A stretch of DNA of 63,902 nt, the filler included, from Choristocarpus tenellus KU-1152 (taxonomy: Eukaryota; Protista; Phaeophyceae), in assembly GCA_964200185.2 (NCBI GenBank). It is 10 parts of 10 records of this genome, joined end to end, with 100 filler letters (N's around TTAATTAATTAA, not from the genome) between each part and the next. Parts side by side here need not be neighbours in the genome. Positions count along the whole stretch, not along the records: positions 1 to 17,746 come from CAXNAD020000631.1; 9 more parts are not named here. One strand, written 5' to 3'. The position numbers were made by a program, and so were the translations under genes. The notes beneath the pieces were generated by a model that searched no databases, had not been told where the DNA came from, and saw nothing but the letters and a program-made list of their open reading frames with translations. How positions within the stretch are numbered: the stretch's first letter is position 1; every line of letters begins with the position of its first letter. Below are positions 1 through 13,722 of this stretch, in pieces.

Positions 1-62
1 TCACAACATTGTATTTTGATCCCCAAATGGACGCGGCTCTACCCTCTAAGATACTTTGGCTC
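1..62 (-). mobile_element. Partial copy of MITE family A (Sola-like), one end only
   Basis: ...ccccaaatggacgcggctctaccctctaagatactttggctc is the reverse complement of the family A left end seen at 31989 and 39877. Confidence 0.85.
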
Positions 63-346
63 CACACCCTATCAACCTCACTCGTATTTAGGTTGACTGA
101 TACGCTGGTCACATGGAGACAGACCTTGTAAGCTTGACTGGTATGCTGACCACATACCATCAACCTTTGGCTAATGATATCCTGATCAGATATTCATAAA
201 TGTCATGTTTATGCATTACACTTCATTTTTGTATTAATGAAGTCGTGTAATATATTGGTGCAATAGTAACCCTTTTTCCTATTTTGCTCCCAGAGCTAAC
301 TTTTTGGTTGATCTCAAATCATGTTCACATGACTTCAAGGCTGATC

Positions 347-738
347 AGAAGGGGGGCGATGTGGAAAGGAGGGCTGTCTGCTATATCCTACCGTTATTGC
401 CGTATGCCATCTACCGCAATACCAATTGTTCCTTGTCAGGAATCTTTTTAAGAGACCAATCCAAATGTAATGGATACTCTTCAATCAGATATTTCAAACA
501 TAAAAAGATTCTCTTTGTTGCTTCGTCTTCACATTTTTCTGATCATCCCCCTCTCATGAGATTCTCATCTCTCTGGGATTATCTGCAGTTCTCTGCAGTC
601 TTCTTGCACCTGTCCAACCTTAACCTTGTCCTCTCGATTATGTTTCGTCTTGGGTCTGCCTGGTCCGTCTTGCCTGGTGATTCCCTTCACCACCCCTGCC
701 TGAGTGAACCACGCCGCTATAGAATTATATTATTCACA
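347..738 (+). mobile_element. Polypurine tract plus 3' LTR of an LTR retrotransposon (LTR ~360-738)
   Basis: Purine run agaaggggggcga is directly followed by TGTGGAA, and the segment ends in TTCACA (inverted termini). Its last ~60 bp recur at 61185-61248, where similarity stops at the same TTCACA. Confidence 0.6.
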
Positions 739-1510
739 AAAGTAGAGAAGAAAATCAGTGGCAAGCTTTATTCCACTGGTGGCATTGAGGCCGACACCTC
801 CAATTTCAATTGGCGGAAATATCTGATTTACCCTCAAAATTGTAGGACCGATAATTTATTGCCTATTTTTGATACCCTGTATTAAACCACGATCAATCGA
901 AACCAAATACTGAGTACCGATTCTTGATTGATTGTTTGTCACATGAATATGCGCTGTACGCGCATTTCCCGTGGACTACGGCGATTTGCGCCTCTTAATG
1001 GGGGTGCATTGCATGTAAGTTTCAACTATAATCAATTACTACGTTGAGATTTTTCTGGCCTATTCAACTTACTCAAAAGGTATTTAATTCGCAACAGTAC
1101 TGGAAGTCTAACGAAGAGAACCCATGTGTAATGCATGAATACAAACCAAAGGCTTGAGTCAAACCTGGTCCTATCCAGTCCAAAACACCACGCATCACAT
1201 CTCATACGAAAGAAAAAGAGTACTCAACCAAGAAAAACAAAAAGAAAGACGGCAAGGAAGCAGCATTCCAGCAGGCACCCTGGTTGTGGCAGTGGTTGCT
1301 TGGCTCACCTTACCTGCTTTAGCATGATATGCACAGTTTCCTTGCAATCCACTCTGTCGTGAAACTTGTTGCACCACCAACCACTAATTCGTTCCCCACC
1401 TGTCTGTGTTGGTTGTGCCCCTTGTGCTCCATCCCTCAACTATCATCCCAAACTTCTCAAAATCTTCTTGCAGACACATCCTCCAGTTCTTCTTCTATCT
1501 ACATTGCTTC

Positions 1511-1768
1511 AAGTCAAAGTATCTTAGGGGGTAGAGGCGTGTCCATTTCGGAGGCAAAATCCAATGTTGCGATTTTGATGTAATTTTGACTATCGTGTTT
1601 GTTAGGAAGTGCCAATATCCATGTTCTGGACACACCTTTTCATAACGTATACATTTTACCTACTGAAAACATTTTGGAGTAGGAAAACGTTATTAAAAAA
1701 CCCATGGGAAGCCAAGCCCCAAATGGACAAACAGGGCAAAACTCGTACCCTCTAAGATACTTTCACTC
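1511..1768 (+). mobile_element. MITE family A, full length (~258 bp)
   Basis: TIRs aagtcaaagtatcttagggggta ... taccctctaagatactttcactc; internal sequence shared with the copies at 30138, 31989 and 39877. Confidence 0.9.
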
Positions 1769-4700
1769 TTCCATTTTCCATCCGCAAGCTCCCCAAATAT
1801 TAACAAGTTGGGAAGTCTCTCACCCCCGTGCCTGCAACCAACCCTGCGAATTGGAGTCCATGGTTTTACACTGTCGCCTTGATTATTACATCCCATCTTG
1901 ACAGCATATTCTTAGGACAGTGATCGGTGTATTTCCTGTTTATTGAATCCAACACAATGAACATGGACTTGTGATGGGAGTAAAGTTCCACATACATAGT
2001 GGACTTGGGTGGAGTGCCCATGTCACACAACCACACTACAGAACCCTGAGTACTGCAGCCTTGAGTATTTGAATATTTAGCTCAGGCGATACACCTACCT
2101 GTAATTCTGTCATGTAGTACTAGACTGTACTTTGAGAAATAGCTCCAAGCTTTTTGCACCCTTAAAAAGGGGTATCAAATTCCCTCATTTGTATTAGGCG
2201 CAGAGTTATCCAACTCCAAACGAAGTTGGGGACTGGTCCATATTGCGGGATCCTCACCTCTCTAGTCAATAAACAGACTTTTTCAACCAACATATCTTAA
2301 GACTTGAGTATATCTGATATAATACCCAGATCAGTGCTACACACTAACGCTCCAAAACCATGGTTCTACACTTGTAACAATAGTCTCAATACTTCTTATC
2401 GGTATACTTCGTTGTATCTCACAAGTATTAAAGCACATATCTTGACAAAAAGCTTGGCAGCAGAGCGCCATCCCAAGAACCTTTGCAAATCAGGGCAAAC
2501 ACAAACTCGCCACTACTACCTTAGTCATCTTTCTTCAATGTTTTCTAATCGCATTACGTTATTCCTCTTCATATGTTTGATCACTGCTCTATCCCTTTTC
2601 CCGTTTCAACTATGTGACACGTGGTGATGTAATTCGACTTGGATAGGACCTGGAGTGGGTCAAGGTTTTGTGGAGATGGTAATTAAAATAGTGCACTACA
2701 CCTGGGTTCTTTCAACATCTCTTTTTTCCTTTCTATACTGCCTTTCTGTAATTTCTTCTGCAGTATCTGTATTACCTTCATTTGACCGCTTTATGACCAT
2801 GCACGGGTCTGGGAACCTCCGACTGATGCAAACAGTGCTAGTAAAAGGTAAATATATCATGAAGAACTGTCTACTTGGAGAATGAAGGAACATAGTACTT
2901 TTTAACCTGCACATTCAACACAAAACAAAGTCAGAATTGTTACATTCCCCAAAACACCTATGTGCAGGAATTAGGAGAGTGAACTCCTGATGCCTTCTGG
3001 GTCAAAATCACTTGCTATCGAGAACCACTACAGAAAAGTTTGAAATCGTCCTGATAAAAAAATGGCAGGTTTTGTTTCTCGCCTCAAAGAATAAGACATT
3101 TAAATTTTCAAATTTAGAAATCTCACTTTGGTGGTGGACAACAAAAAAAGGCCTGCATTCAAAAGATCCTGTGATAAATGTACATGAAGAGGAGGATTTT
3201 CTATGGTAGAGATCCAATCAAACAGTTAAGAGTCAGATTTCTATTCTCATGCTTGCCAAATTAATCAACCACTACACATGCAGAGGGTAAAAAACATGGT
3301 TCTCTTGAAAATCGTTTTGTTATTAGGCAACATGTCATTATAACATTCAGTTATGATACCACCAGTTTAGTGTTTTTCGTTTGTTGGTTGCCTCACAATA
3401 TATTAATCCATTTCTTAGCAAATAAAATGAGACAAGACTTTTAGTTAGCAAGGTGGATCACCGAAGGTCTCAGTCACTATTTCACAAGGAGAACCATCCT
3501 GCCCCAGGCTCTTATGTGCTTTCATTCTATCAACATCTACCACTGCTGTTCAGTCATGTATGGCAGGCAAACATGTTGTACAAGCCATCAAACGATCTAG
3601 ATTGCACCGTGGCTCTCCATCTATTTGTTCTTCCCTCTTGACATGTTGCAAGACTATATACTATCAAACCTAAACACTGGAGTACAACATCTTCAAAACA
3701 GAGAGTATTATGCACTAATTGCACTCAAATCATAAACGATGTATGGTGGGTGTACTCACAGATATCGTATAATCTCCCGATCCTATCACATGCAATCCAT
3801 GTCAAACACACACACTGCACATTGCACATGTGCTCTATATCACATCTGAGTGGTGATGCCACTAAAAATGATGAGACTTGATTGAACCGACCTGTGAAAC
3901 AAGTTTTGGGTGCACATTTAAAGCAATGGATTGTTGGACAATCAGAACAAGAGTGTCCTTTCTAAACTTCAAATACAAGCACTTACACTGCAACAAAGTA
4001 AAGCAATTTAAAATTGCTCCAATACTGTTTGTTATACCTTACTGCAAAAATAACAAAAAACAATAAACTATTGAACGTGGTCAGCTTAAAAAATCCTGGA
4101 ATTATCTTCAACAAATCAAACTTGTAGCCAAGAAAAGACAGGTCATGAGACACACCAAGGTCTTATTCTCAGACACCCTGACTAGAAAAAGAAATAGTTC
4201 AACACAAAAGAAAAGGTCGACCAGATGGTTGGCATAGTCAAACAACACAAAGCAAGAATGATTTCTTCCATTGTCAATACTTTAAGGGTATTTATTTGTG
4301 GTTTCCTCATACCCTCAGCAGAATCACTTTCCGACCTACCTCACACTCAATAATCACAACATTGAGAAAACCCCAAACTACGTAGCATTCAACAGTAGCC
4401 AACAACACCATTCAGAACATAATTAGAGATCTAAAGTGGGATGATGCAAGAACTTTATTTACTGCCCTCCTGACTTGAATAAACTATGTTAAATCTATGA
4501 AATAATATTGTAAGGTTAGTTTCCCGATTTTTAGTTGCAAATGAAGATTTGAGTGCTGTAACCCCCAAGTATACGGCATGGCAATCTAAATCATAGTATC
4601 AAAACGCTAAGAATATAAGTAGTGTACTGTACAAATCAAATCACAACCTCTACCTTACTTGAGTAGAGATGGATCATATAGATACACCTTTCATTGGTCA

Positions 4701-5892
4701 TTTAGTCTTTCCTTCCCACAGTGCTTGGACAGATCCAGGAATTGAAAGCTTCAATTGATTCCATAAATCACAAAAAAAAACATTCACCATTTCACACACT
4801 GATTCCCCCTACAGAAAAACATGCTTTCATTAGAATATATCTCTTAACAAGTAGAAATGCTCATAAAACTATCCTCGGTGTCAAATTCGTAAGTCACCAC
4901 TTGTTAAGAACAATGAATCCTATTGGATATTACTAGTATACAGTAGTGATGCCACAACCCTGTGATCAAGGAACTACCAGCAAAAGAGAGACTTCAAAGG
5001 GGAGCTACATGACCTGTGTCACTGCAACTAGCCACATTGCAAGAAACAACCTTCCTGCTGAGAGTGGGGCCTTTTCCTCCAATTGACATACCTGTTTCTT
5101 GTCATGGTCCTCTAGCAGAAGGGCTAGCGCTTGGCCAATCAGAGGCCTTCTTGCTTCCTGATTGAAATAGACCTCCAAACTTCTTTCTAGGGTATTTGGT
5201 GACATGTCTAGCCTGTTCAGCATTTTTTGCAGCATCTTCCAACATTCTGTACCAAGCCAAATGAGGAAGGAACAAGAGGGTCATCAAATCAAATTTGGAA
5301 AAGAAATTTGGGGCTGACTTCTCCACCAGGTAGGGATGTCTTAGGCTGCCATATGATAGTATGGTGTAAGACCATTTTAATTGTGCCATTCATCACTTCG
5401 AAGAATTTCTACACTGTTAGAAAATCAATCAACTTATCTCGCAAGGTAGAGAGAGGTAAGGAAATAGGTGACAATTTCGTGAGATGAAGCAAAACTGATG
5501 ATTTCAAATCCAACCGGTGCGCCTTCTGCCATGACACACACAATATGAATCACCTTCAACTTGAAAACAACATTCATCACTCTAGAGCTCACACCTATAG
5601 CATTGATGTGGACAACCAGAGGCGTCTTTATATTGGATGTGGTAAGGATAGAACATTTCATCAGCAAGAGGAATGATTCTGTTCCTAATTGCTGGTGCTT
5701 GAGCAAGTGTACTGTAAATATCTAGTACTAATTTACTATATAATTTACATCGAAGAGTATAGTGAGGCCAAAAAACGATAACAGACATCATACGGGCAAT
5801 AGAGCCCTCAAGAGAAAGTATGAGCACCCTTGTCAGTTTAGCAATACGGAAACATGGTGAGGCACGAACATAGTTCCAGCCAATAACTTTAG

Positions 5893-6285
5893 GCTGCTGA
5901 AGGTGGTAATAACTTTGATCACAGTAAGTTTGACAGGACAACTCAAGCAAGACACCAACCTGGGTCTTTAATCTAGCCCTTGGTGTACTTCACGGCACTA
6001 AAAAATAGTGTGCATCCTAACGATCTTTTTGAAGATGCACCAATAGAGTTGAACCAAGGGCATGGATTACCACAATGGACACCTAAGAACTACGAAAATA
6101 ATTTTTAAGGTCCGATTCCACTACGCAAAGGTTTTGAGAAATATCGTAATACTGTAACAATAAGAGTAGGATTGTTTGCTGGCTTAAATAAAATTGCAAA
6201 CACTATCGAGAAATTTGGTATCAATGATAATCCTATTGCAGTCGGATCAATAATTCTTGGAGCACTTGAAACTACATTATCTAAG
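5893..6285 (+). pseudogene. mrcA: Decayed fragment of bacterial class A penicillin-binding protein (PBP1A transpeptidase domain), Rickettsiales-like
   Basis: One frame reads AAEGGNNFDHSKFDRTTQARHQPGSLI*PLVYFTALKNSVHPNDLFEDAPIELNQGHGLPQWTPKNYENNF*GPIPLRKGFEKYRNTVTIRVGLFAGLNKIANTIEKFGINDNPIAVGSIILGALETTLSK. This carries the PBP1A motifs FDRxTQAxRQPGSxxKP, WxPKNY, the SxN position and LGxxETT. Stops at 5974 and 6106. Confidence 0.88.
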
Positions 6286-6611
6286 CAGATATTATTGCTG
6301 ATGACTCAACATACTCTTTTCTGAAAAGAAAAAACTTGAGAATGCAACACTGTACTTCACAGTAAACCAAAGCCTGCAAGAGGATGGGACATGAATGAGG
6401 ATAGGAGAGAGGGTTGTTCAGGATATAGGTCACAAAACATTACTTTCAGCAAAAGGTATATCTGAAATTAATCGTTTCTATGTAACATGGGAATATCGCA
6501 TAACACATATGGTAAATCCAGCCACATCCAGAACATACTTGTGCAGTAGGTTTGATGTGGTTTAGTAAGAAAAACAGAACTATTTGGTCTAATCAACCCT
6601 TCTGCCCCTCC

Positions 6612-9600
6612 TTACCCCTGAAGGGTTGCAATGATTTGTTTGAAGTTGAGTCGTTTGTGCATGTCTGAAGACCAACAGTCTGTTAAGAGGCGACCAAACT
6701 CAGGTGGCCAATTCTTGCTGATACGTGGTCTGAACCCACCTATGACCTGGTGTGCATTTGATTTATCAAAAACAAGTCAAGGAGGATCACAGATTAGTAC
6801 CAGATGCTATCACTGTTACTTAGACAACAGGAGGTACTGAACTAAAGCAGTTGAGTAATGACTAAAAGTCGTATGAACAATGCAGTAGAGGTGTAATGCA
6901 GCACGAGGAAATCAAGCCAACCTACAGAAAGTATATTAAGAGGTTTTGATCGCCTACATTGTTTACCATCGTTTTGACTGTAAAACAAAGATGGTTCTTA
7001 CTATGAGCACGGTACAAGGAATTGTAAAAACATTATTACTACCAATCCACAGCATTCATTCACTCTTTCATTCACTCATTCCCAGATTGCAAGAGCATAT
7101 TCTTCAAAGATGGGCACAACTCAATCAGAGCAGGTATCCCACTAACACTCATTTACCCTCAATACTAAAAAACACAAATACTAGCGTGTGTTGAAGTGTT
7201 CCAAAAATACATGCCACCAGAAATTCAAAACAAACCTAAAAAATCGGCAACACCCCCTCTCAACTACTTCTACTCACAAAGTAGACCTACCACATCTTGG
7301 ATGAAACCATCTCGTGCCAAGGCCTCAAAGGGCTTGGTCATGGTTGCCATCTCCCACAAGATCATTGAGAAGCCTGTCCAAACACAGTAGCAGCAATCCA
7401 CCGGCAAACAAAAAAATTAACCAACATTTATCTACAGTGATCTACATTAACTGTACAGTAATCAGCATCAATCTGCTATTGTTTCCAACAAGAGCTCAAG
7501 AATAATGCTGCTATGATCACAGTTGATTTCAATGACATGGCCATCTCATGTTTGTCACACACAAAATGACTCAACACAATAGGTCAATCTAACCCAAAGC
7601 CCAACTCCAACAAGGCTAGCAAACAAAGTCTGAGATCAGGTTTCCCTCCAGATTTATCTGTATTTGAAGGTTTAATATCAGGCAAACCACTCTCTCAATT
7701 CTAAAAAAAGTGTAAGGGTCAGTCTGGCCTAACCAAGGAAATAGGATTACGTCACTCAACAGTGACCACCATCAATCCAAAGGGTGGAAGGAAAATATGA
7801 TACGGAAACTGGTAGCAGTTCCCACAACTGTGGAGTCATGTATGGCACCCTGGTGCACTAGGCATGACATGACAACAAAAGCACAACAACACACATATAC
7901 GCTATTGCTATGTAGTGTCAAAAATGAGTCAGTCAGCTCAGCCCACCAGGTCCAATTAAAAACCCAAATAACAAGCAGTAATGGGCGAGAAGTGGAGAGT
8001 GCTGAAGAGTTTGTTATTAGTTATTAACAGGGCTTATATAAATCCAAACAGTGATAAGCAAGGCATGAACAAGTCATCATTTATATCTACCTCACCATAC
8101 ACATCGGCACTGCCATTGTAGGGCTTTCCCATTGCCACTTCTGGCGCCATATACCTGCATGTCATTGATTTAGTGAAAAACATGGTAGTTTCAGGTTAGA
8201 TAGTCATACACATGATCATAATCAGAGACCAAACATAGAATAAGTGATCAAACTTGAGAGGATGGTAAGGCAAGCACTACAAACTACACAAATAGGGAGA
8301 AGTGATTGCTGCTATACACAAGTATCCACTTTGAACACTCTATGTACTTGAAATATACCTTCCACAGATGTAGCAACCTTAGAACAACAGATGTTACACT
8401 CAGACACGATGTACTTAAAATAGTATTTATTCAAAAACAGTTTAAAACAAGGCCTTAGACGTTACACCCCTCGTAAATAATGGCATTTCTCAAAGTAAGG
8501 GAAGGGACTTCTCCATCCCTGTCAAACTGTGGCCTTTTCTGTATGGAGGTAGTGAACTCCACAAAAGGGAAGTATTCCCATACAACACTCAAAAAAGAAA
8601 TAGTATTGACAAATTTCAATTGAGTATTTCTTCCATTGGTCCCACAAGAACAGGAGCAGTAAAGTATGGCATCTTGCCCAGTTACCTCTAACATTAGGGT
8701 ATACTGCAGTTATAGTAGGCATAGTGACAGCAATCCTTCCCTTAAAATTTCAGATCATTCTTAGAAAGGTCTATACCCCTGGGTGCTAATGATGTACAAC
8801 CTACACCAATTCATCGCCACATTTCTTGATCTGCAACAGCCTCCAAATCCAACTGGAACAGTTTCTGAATAAGTTCACATATTTCAAATATTTCAAATGT
8901 TGCTCCAAATCTTATCGCATTTCACACACACACCTCAAGCTCCCTGTTTCCCCAGTCATCATGTACACCGCCTTGTCGTCCTCCTTCTTACTAATTACCT
9001 ACAAAATATAAGCAATACTAACATCAGTATCAGTAACAGAAGGTACATAATGTTCATGTATGCTGTTATTCATAAGTTATCAACCAGCAAAATTCACCAC
9101 TCCATCACAACTCTCACAACAGTAACTGTAACATTTTGTATTATGTAACATCAAAGGTGCTAACATGTCGACGGTTGGGTTGTGAGGGTTCGAGAGAATT
9201 CATGGGGCAATACTGATTAGAGATACTATTAATACTGAACATGCCTGCCATGCAAGAACATCTATTCGTTGTTGCAGCCCACAACTACTTCTTGTATCTC
9301 TTTAACTCACCTTGCTCAGTCCCATGTCTATGAGTTTAAGGTTGCCAGATGCATCGAAGCCAACGTTGTCAGGCTTGAGGTCTCTGTGCACTACCATCTT
9401 CCCCGGGATGGCGTCGTTGTGCATGTATTGCAGAGCTTCTGCCAACTGCATACCCCGCTTGAGTAGCTCCTCGTACCTTTTTTTATCCCCATAAATAATA
9501 TGTCAACTATTGTTAAAAAAAAAATAATCCAATTTTGATCCAGATTCTTCCATTCCACGTAATGTTGGTTTGACTTCTGTCCAAGATTCTAGAGTCCACT

Positions 9601-12600
9601 GCAGTCAACAACAACATTCCATAAAGAGATGATCTGTGCTATAGATTACTACGGCATACTCTGAAGTACACAAGAGGTCCATCAATGATACTTCACAACA
9701 CACATACAAAAGAACACACACATACCCAAAGGGTCGCTTGTGCCGGAATCGCCGACGCCTGTCTCTGATTGCAAGGGCATTTCCACATTGCTGTGCCAGT
9801 GTTCCCCCATCGAGACGCTCTAACAAGATGAAGTGCTCTGGTCGACTCCCTGCACCTATGATACGGACAATGTTTGGATGCTGCAGGCGCATTAGGATGC
9901 TCATCTCCAGCTCTAACTCCTGGGCACGGAGAAGGGTGGTCAAGGTAAGGGGATAACAAGTATGTGTGCGCTATCATTTGTGTAGTTTAATGTGTAATAT
10001 TGCTTGTAAGAGAGTGAGTGTGTATGGGGTGAGAGTACTGCCGTATCAATACAGCACAAGCAACACCTTGATAAATAGTTTATTTTTCTCATGCACCAAC
10101 AATAGTGTTTCATAAAAATTGACAAAATCAAAGCACCAAATCCAGCAAAAGAATATAAATGTGATACGTAAGAGGAAAAAAATACACACACAACTACGTG
10201 TCACTCTAATATAGTTCAAGTGCATTGATGTATTGATGTATCATTTCCCCCAGAATAAAGTTTGGAATAAATCAAGATGGTGTACCTATCCAGGAGCTGC
10301 CACATCTACTCAAACCTACTAATGTAAGGATGAGATCCGTCTAAACCCAACCAAATTGATATATAACCAATATATCAAATGAAACCTTACAATCTTAGCA
10401 TTCCCTCTCCACAAACAAATTGGATGACAATTTGTTGTTTGTGACTAAATTTTCTGCCACGACAATTCAGTACAATTACAAAAAACGTTTCAATCAAATC
10501 CTCACTTCCCCAAAGGAACTTTATATAAACGTGATTTGCATCTTCAGGAAGTTGATACCATTCTCTTTCACTTATTGAATGTTTGCTTATCAATTCCTTC
10601 GGATTATGTCCAAATCTATCAAGGTGTGTTCATGACCCATAATACTATATTGTCAATGTCCTATTTTGGGTGCACAAAAAAACCCATTGCCCAGTGGTTT
10701 GATGTAAAGATATGGAGGATAAACATACAAACACATCACATTACCTTTCCCAGGAAAGTTCATTCTCTAACAGCACCTACGGCCTGGGCAAACCTCCCCT
10801 ACACCCCCCTGGACGGGCAGATGAACAGGCCTCCAAATATCTTCATTCTAGTATGGACTTTCTCAATTCCAACGGCAATAGGAACCAGCACCAACAAATA
10901 CATGTCAAATAAGAGAAGATAAGAGTACTAGGATACAAACAAATTGCACCTGCTTTTATTGAAAAAATTGTTCAAGTTATATAATAGTACGACAAAGTTG
11001 AACATTGACGTGATTGCTTCCACCATAGGGGGGAAACCATGTATCCCTCATAGACAACCAATGATCAAAGAAAAAGAAGAGTATTTTTTGTTGCTAGTAG
11101 CCCTTAGCCTAGAGGACGAGATGGACAAAAACATGTACTCTACCCTACATCCTGCAGTGTGAATCTTACAGTACAATTAAGAGCACAATCCCATCATCAT
11201 TCCCAAGATTCACTGCAGTAGTACAGTAGAGGTGTAACAGTGTCAACATATTGAATTGGCACCATCCAAGGAAAACTGAATCCATTTTCTGCTAATTCAG
11301 ACAGAGTTTCTGTAACCAAGCACAATTGAGAAAATTTGCTAAGTAAGGTCATAACACGGTGTGAGGAATGATACTACTACACCAAATATCATATACCTTC
11401 TTGACAATATCCTTGTCCTCTACATCCTTTCGTACAAGCTTGACTACCACAGGAATGGTCTCAAGGAAGGCAGTGTAGATGGTGCACCGGCTACCATTGA
11501 CCATGAACTCCACATCACTAAGCTCATCCCACCGCACCTGGGCCAAAAAAAATATAAATTGGCCAATAAAAATATAAATTTATGCATATTTTTACATACC
11601 AGGGTGATTTGGTTTTATATATTCAATGGATAATGTAAACAAGTTTTCCTGATTTTGACCCACATGGACACCCCTGGCGTAGACACACACACACACAGAT
11701 ACTTTGGGTCTCTAATTCGTCAATAATTCAATAATACAACACAACACCAGTACCTTCACAGAATAATGTAACAGTTTCAAGGACAATTCCTTCCTGCTAT
11801 GCTATGATAGAGATAAAAACACTACTTTTGTAGTAGTATCAGCTACATTTCACCAACTAAATTACATCAACTCCACTCAGCCATCATCTGAGAACATTTC
11901 TACTTTGTACTTCACGAACCCTCTGTGTGTGTGTGTGTGTGTGTGTGTGTTATATTGAGTGAACTTTGCCTGCATAGTGTACATATTGAGTGAAGCAACA
12001 CACCCAGTCATACTTCTTTTCCTCCACATGTTAAAAAAAAGCTGTATCAGAATAGTCGAGCTGTGCATCAGTCTGACTCTCAAATGAACCCAAATACCTT
12101 TCACTCAGTTGGGCACACAAATGACGTAAAAAAAACAATAATCAGTCTACTTCTCAATCTACTCTTTACAACATGCTGCCGTAACAGGAACCAATAGAAG
12201 CCCTCACGCCATCCCAGGTGAAAGCTCTCTCAGAGTAGACTTCTAACTCTAAGTTGTACCACGGCCATAATAAGACTGCAACGCATACATGCCTAATTTA
12301 TCCCTTTTTCTTGTCGTGTTTTACCAATTAGGAACACTTAGTCTTGTTCTTATTGAATGGGTTAGGGTTAGGGTTAGCCTTGTTCTTATTGAATGGGCAC
12401 ACTTCACGGTTATCAGATTCGGAAGTAGTAAGTAGTAGTGAGTAGTACAGTAAGAGTTCTGTTTAAAACCAGTTAGTAATACAACATGTAACAATAATAT
12501 CCACTTCAATAACTATTTGATGGAACATCACTACAGGATGGAGGGAAGTAGCAGGAGTCACCTAATTGTCATGTTGGTAGTTGGTAGATGAGATTTTCAC

Positions 12601-13047
12601 AACGCAAGTCTTTCTTGACGTCACACCTGCAAAAAAATACACTATAGACCAGATCCCAGAGGAGCAGGATATTCATGGATGAATCCTTGATTTAAGTAAC
12701 AGAGAATTGCTGCCTCTCATGGTTGGGATAAAACACAAACAGGGTCCAAGATGATATAGCTCAAGAGCTAATTTGACACCACCTTCCACTGGAACACTAC
12801 AATATAATTATTGTAAAGCAGAGCACAGTACTATCGATACCCACTTAAACTGTGTTACCACTACCAACTATTCCAGCCTTCAAGTAACACAAAAAACTCT
12901 CACATCTTCACGAACAAGGAAGCTCCCATCCTTTGGCCGAGTCACTGCTCCTTTAACTTCTTCTGTCTCTTTTTCCTCTCCACCATCTTTGACTGCTTTG
13001 GATTTAATGGAATTGCTCAGAGTCTGAAGTTTGGGGGACAGGAGCAT
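6612..13047 (-). CDS. Ser/Thr (tyrosine-kinase-like) protein kinase, 8 exons, ~328 aa
   Basis: Phase-consistent GT-AG exons 13047-12904, 11537-11397, 9919-9726, 9476-9311, 8998-8934, 8154-8096, 7373-7291, 6746-6612 (987 nt). Motifs [43 protein letters not shown]. The first exon is less certain, and the gene could continue past a possible donor at 6615. Confidence 0.9.
11540..11710 (+). mobile_element. Degenerate MITE family B copy in a kinase intron
   Basis: gggtgatttggtt...ggataatgtaa...ttttcctgattttgacccacatggacacccctggcgtagac...cagatactttgggtc matches the right half of 23306-23483. Confidence 0.65.
12343..12397 (+). repeat. Short interstitial telomeric (TTAGGG) tract between two 19-bp direct repeats
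   Basis: cttgttcttattgaatggg - ttagggttagggttagc - cttgttcttattgaatggg. Confidence 0.85.
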
Positions 13048-13722
13048 GTCAATAGTGCACTTTCAGAGTGGGGAAGTTTTGACTTTGCTGGTTTCCAAAA
13101 AATTGGCACTAAGCGAACCCCAAGATATTATTATGTATCAAAAATACTAATAAAAACATCGTTCTACTTACTGAAGCGCTTGTTTGATTTGCAACACCCT
13201 CACGGGTAATTCCTATGGAAAACTGATACGATATAAGAAACTGATATAATATAAGAAAGGGTTTAGGTAAATCAGGCAGGGATGACCAACTGAGGTCGTA
13301 TTTTCATAAATGCAGCATACCAAGTAATTACTGATTATCTGCGCAAATGACTCTCCCCCACCAATACCGCCACAAAAATAACATAATGGACTGGACTGGA
13401 CTAGACTAGACTGGACTGGACTAGAATGGACTAAAGACCAACACATAACCAATGAACTAACACAACATATATGTGACATCAAGAGCAGCACCAGCACAAA
13501 TACAGTGACCAAGTGGTCATCCAGGTCATCCAAATATCCAACACACATGTAGATCAATTGAGCAGTCTGGCACTCAGCATAGCCATTCTGAACTTATACT
13601 ACAATATGCAGTCATGATTTATCAGATAATCTTAGATTGATCATGGGTAGGCAAGCTCAAAGTTAACTATCATTGGATCCTGGATTGATCTTTCAGTCTG
13701 AACTTTACCAAAAATTCCTCAC

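Noticed and set aside
304-885. 193-aa ORF
   Set aside because: Non-ATG start, spans an LTR and its boundary, and has no recognisable domain.
12560-12628. Extra kinase exon bounded by AG...GT
   Set aside because: All three frames hit a stop, and the flanking exons join in phase without it.
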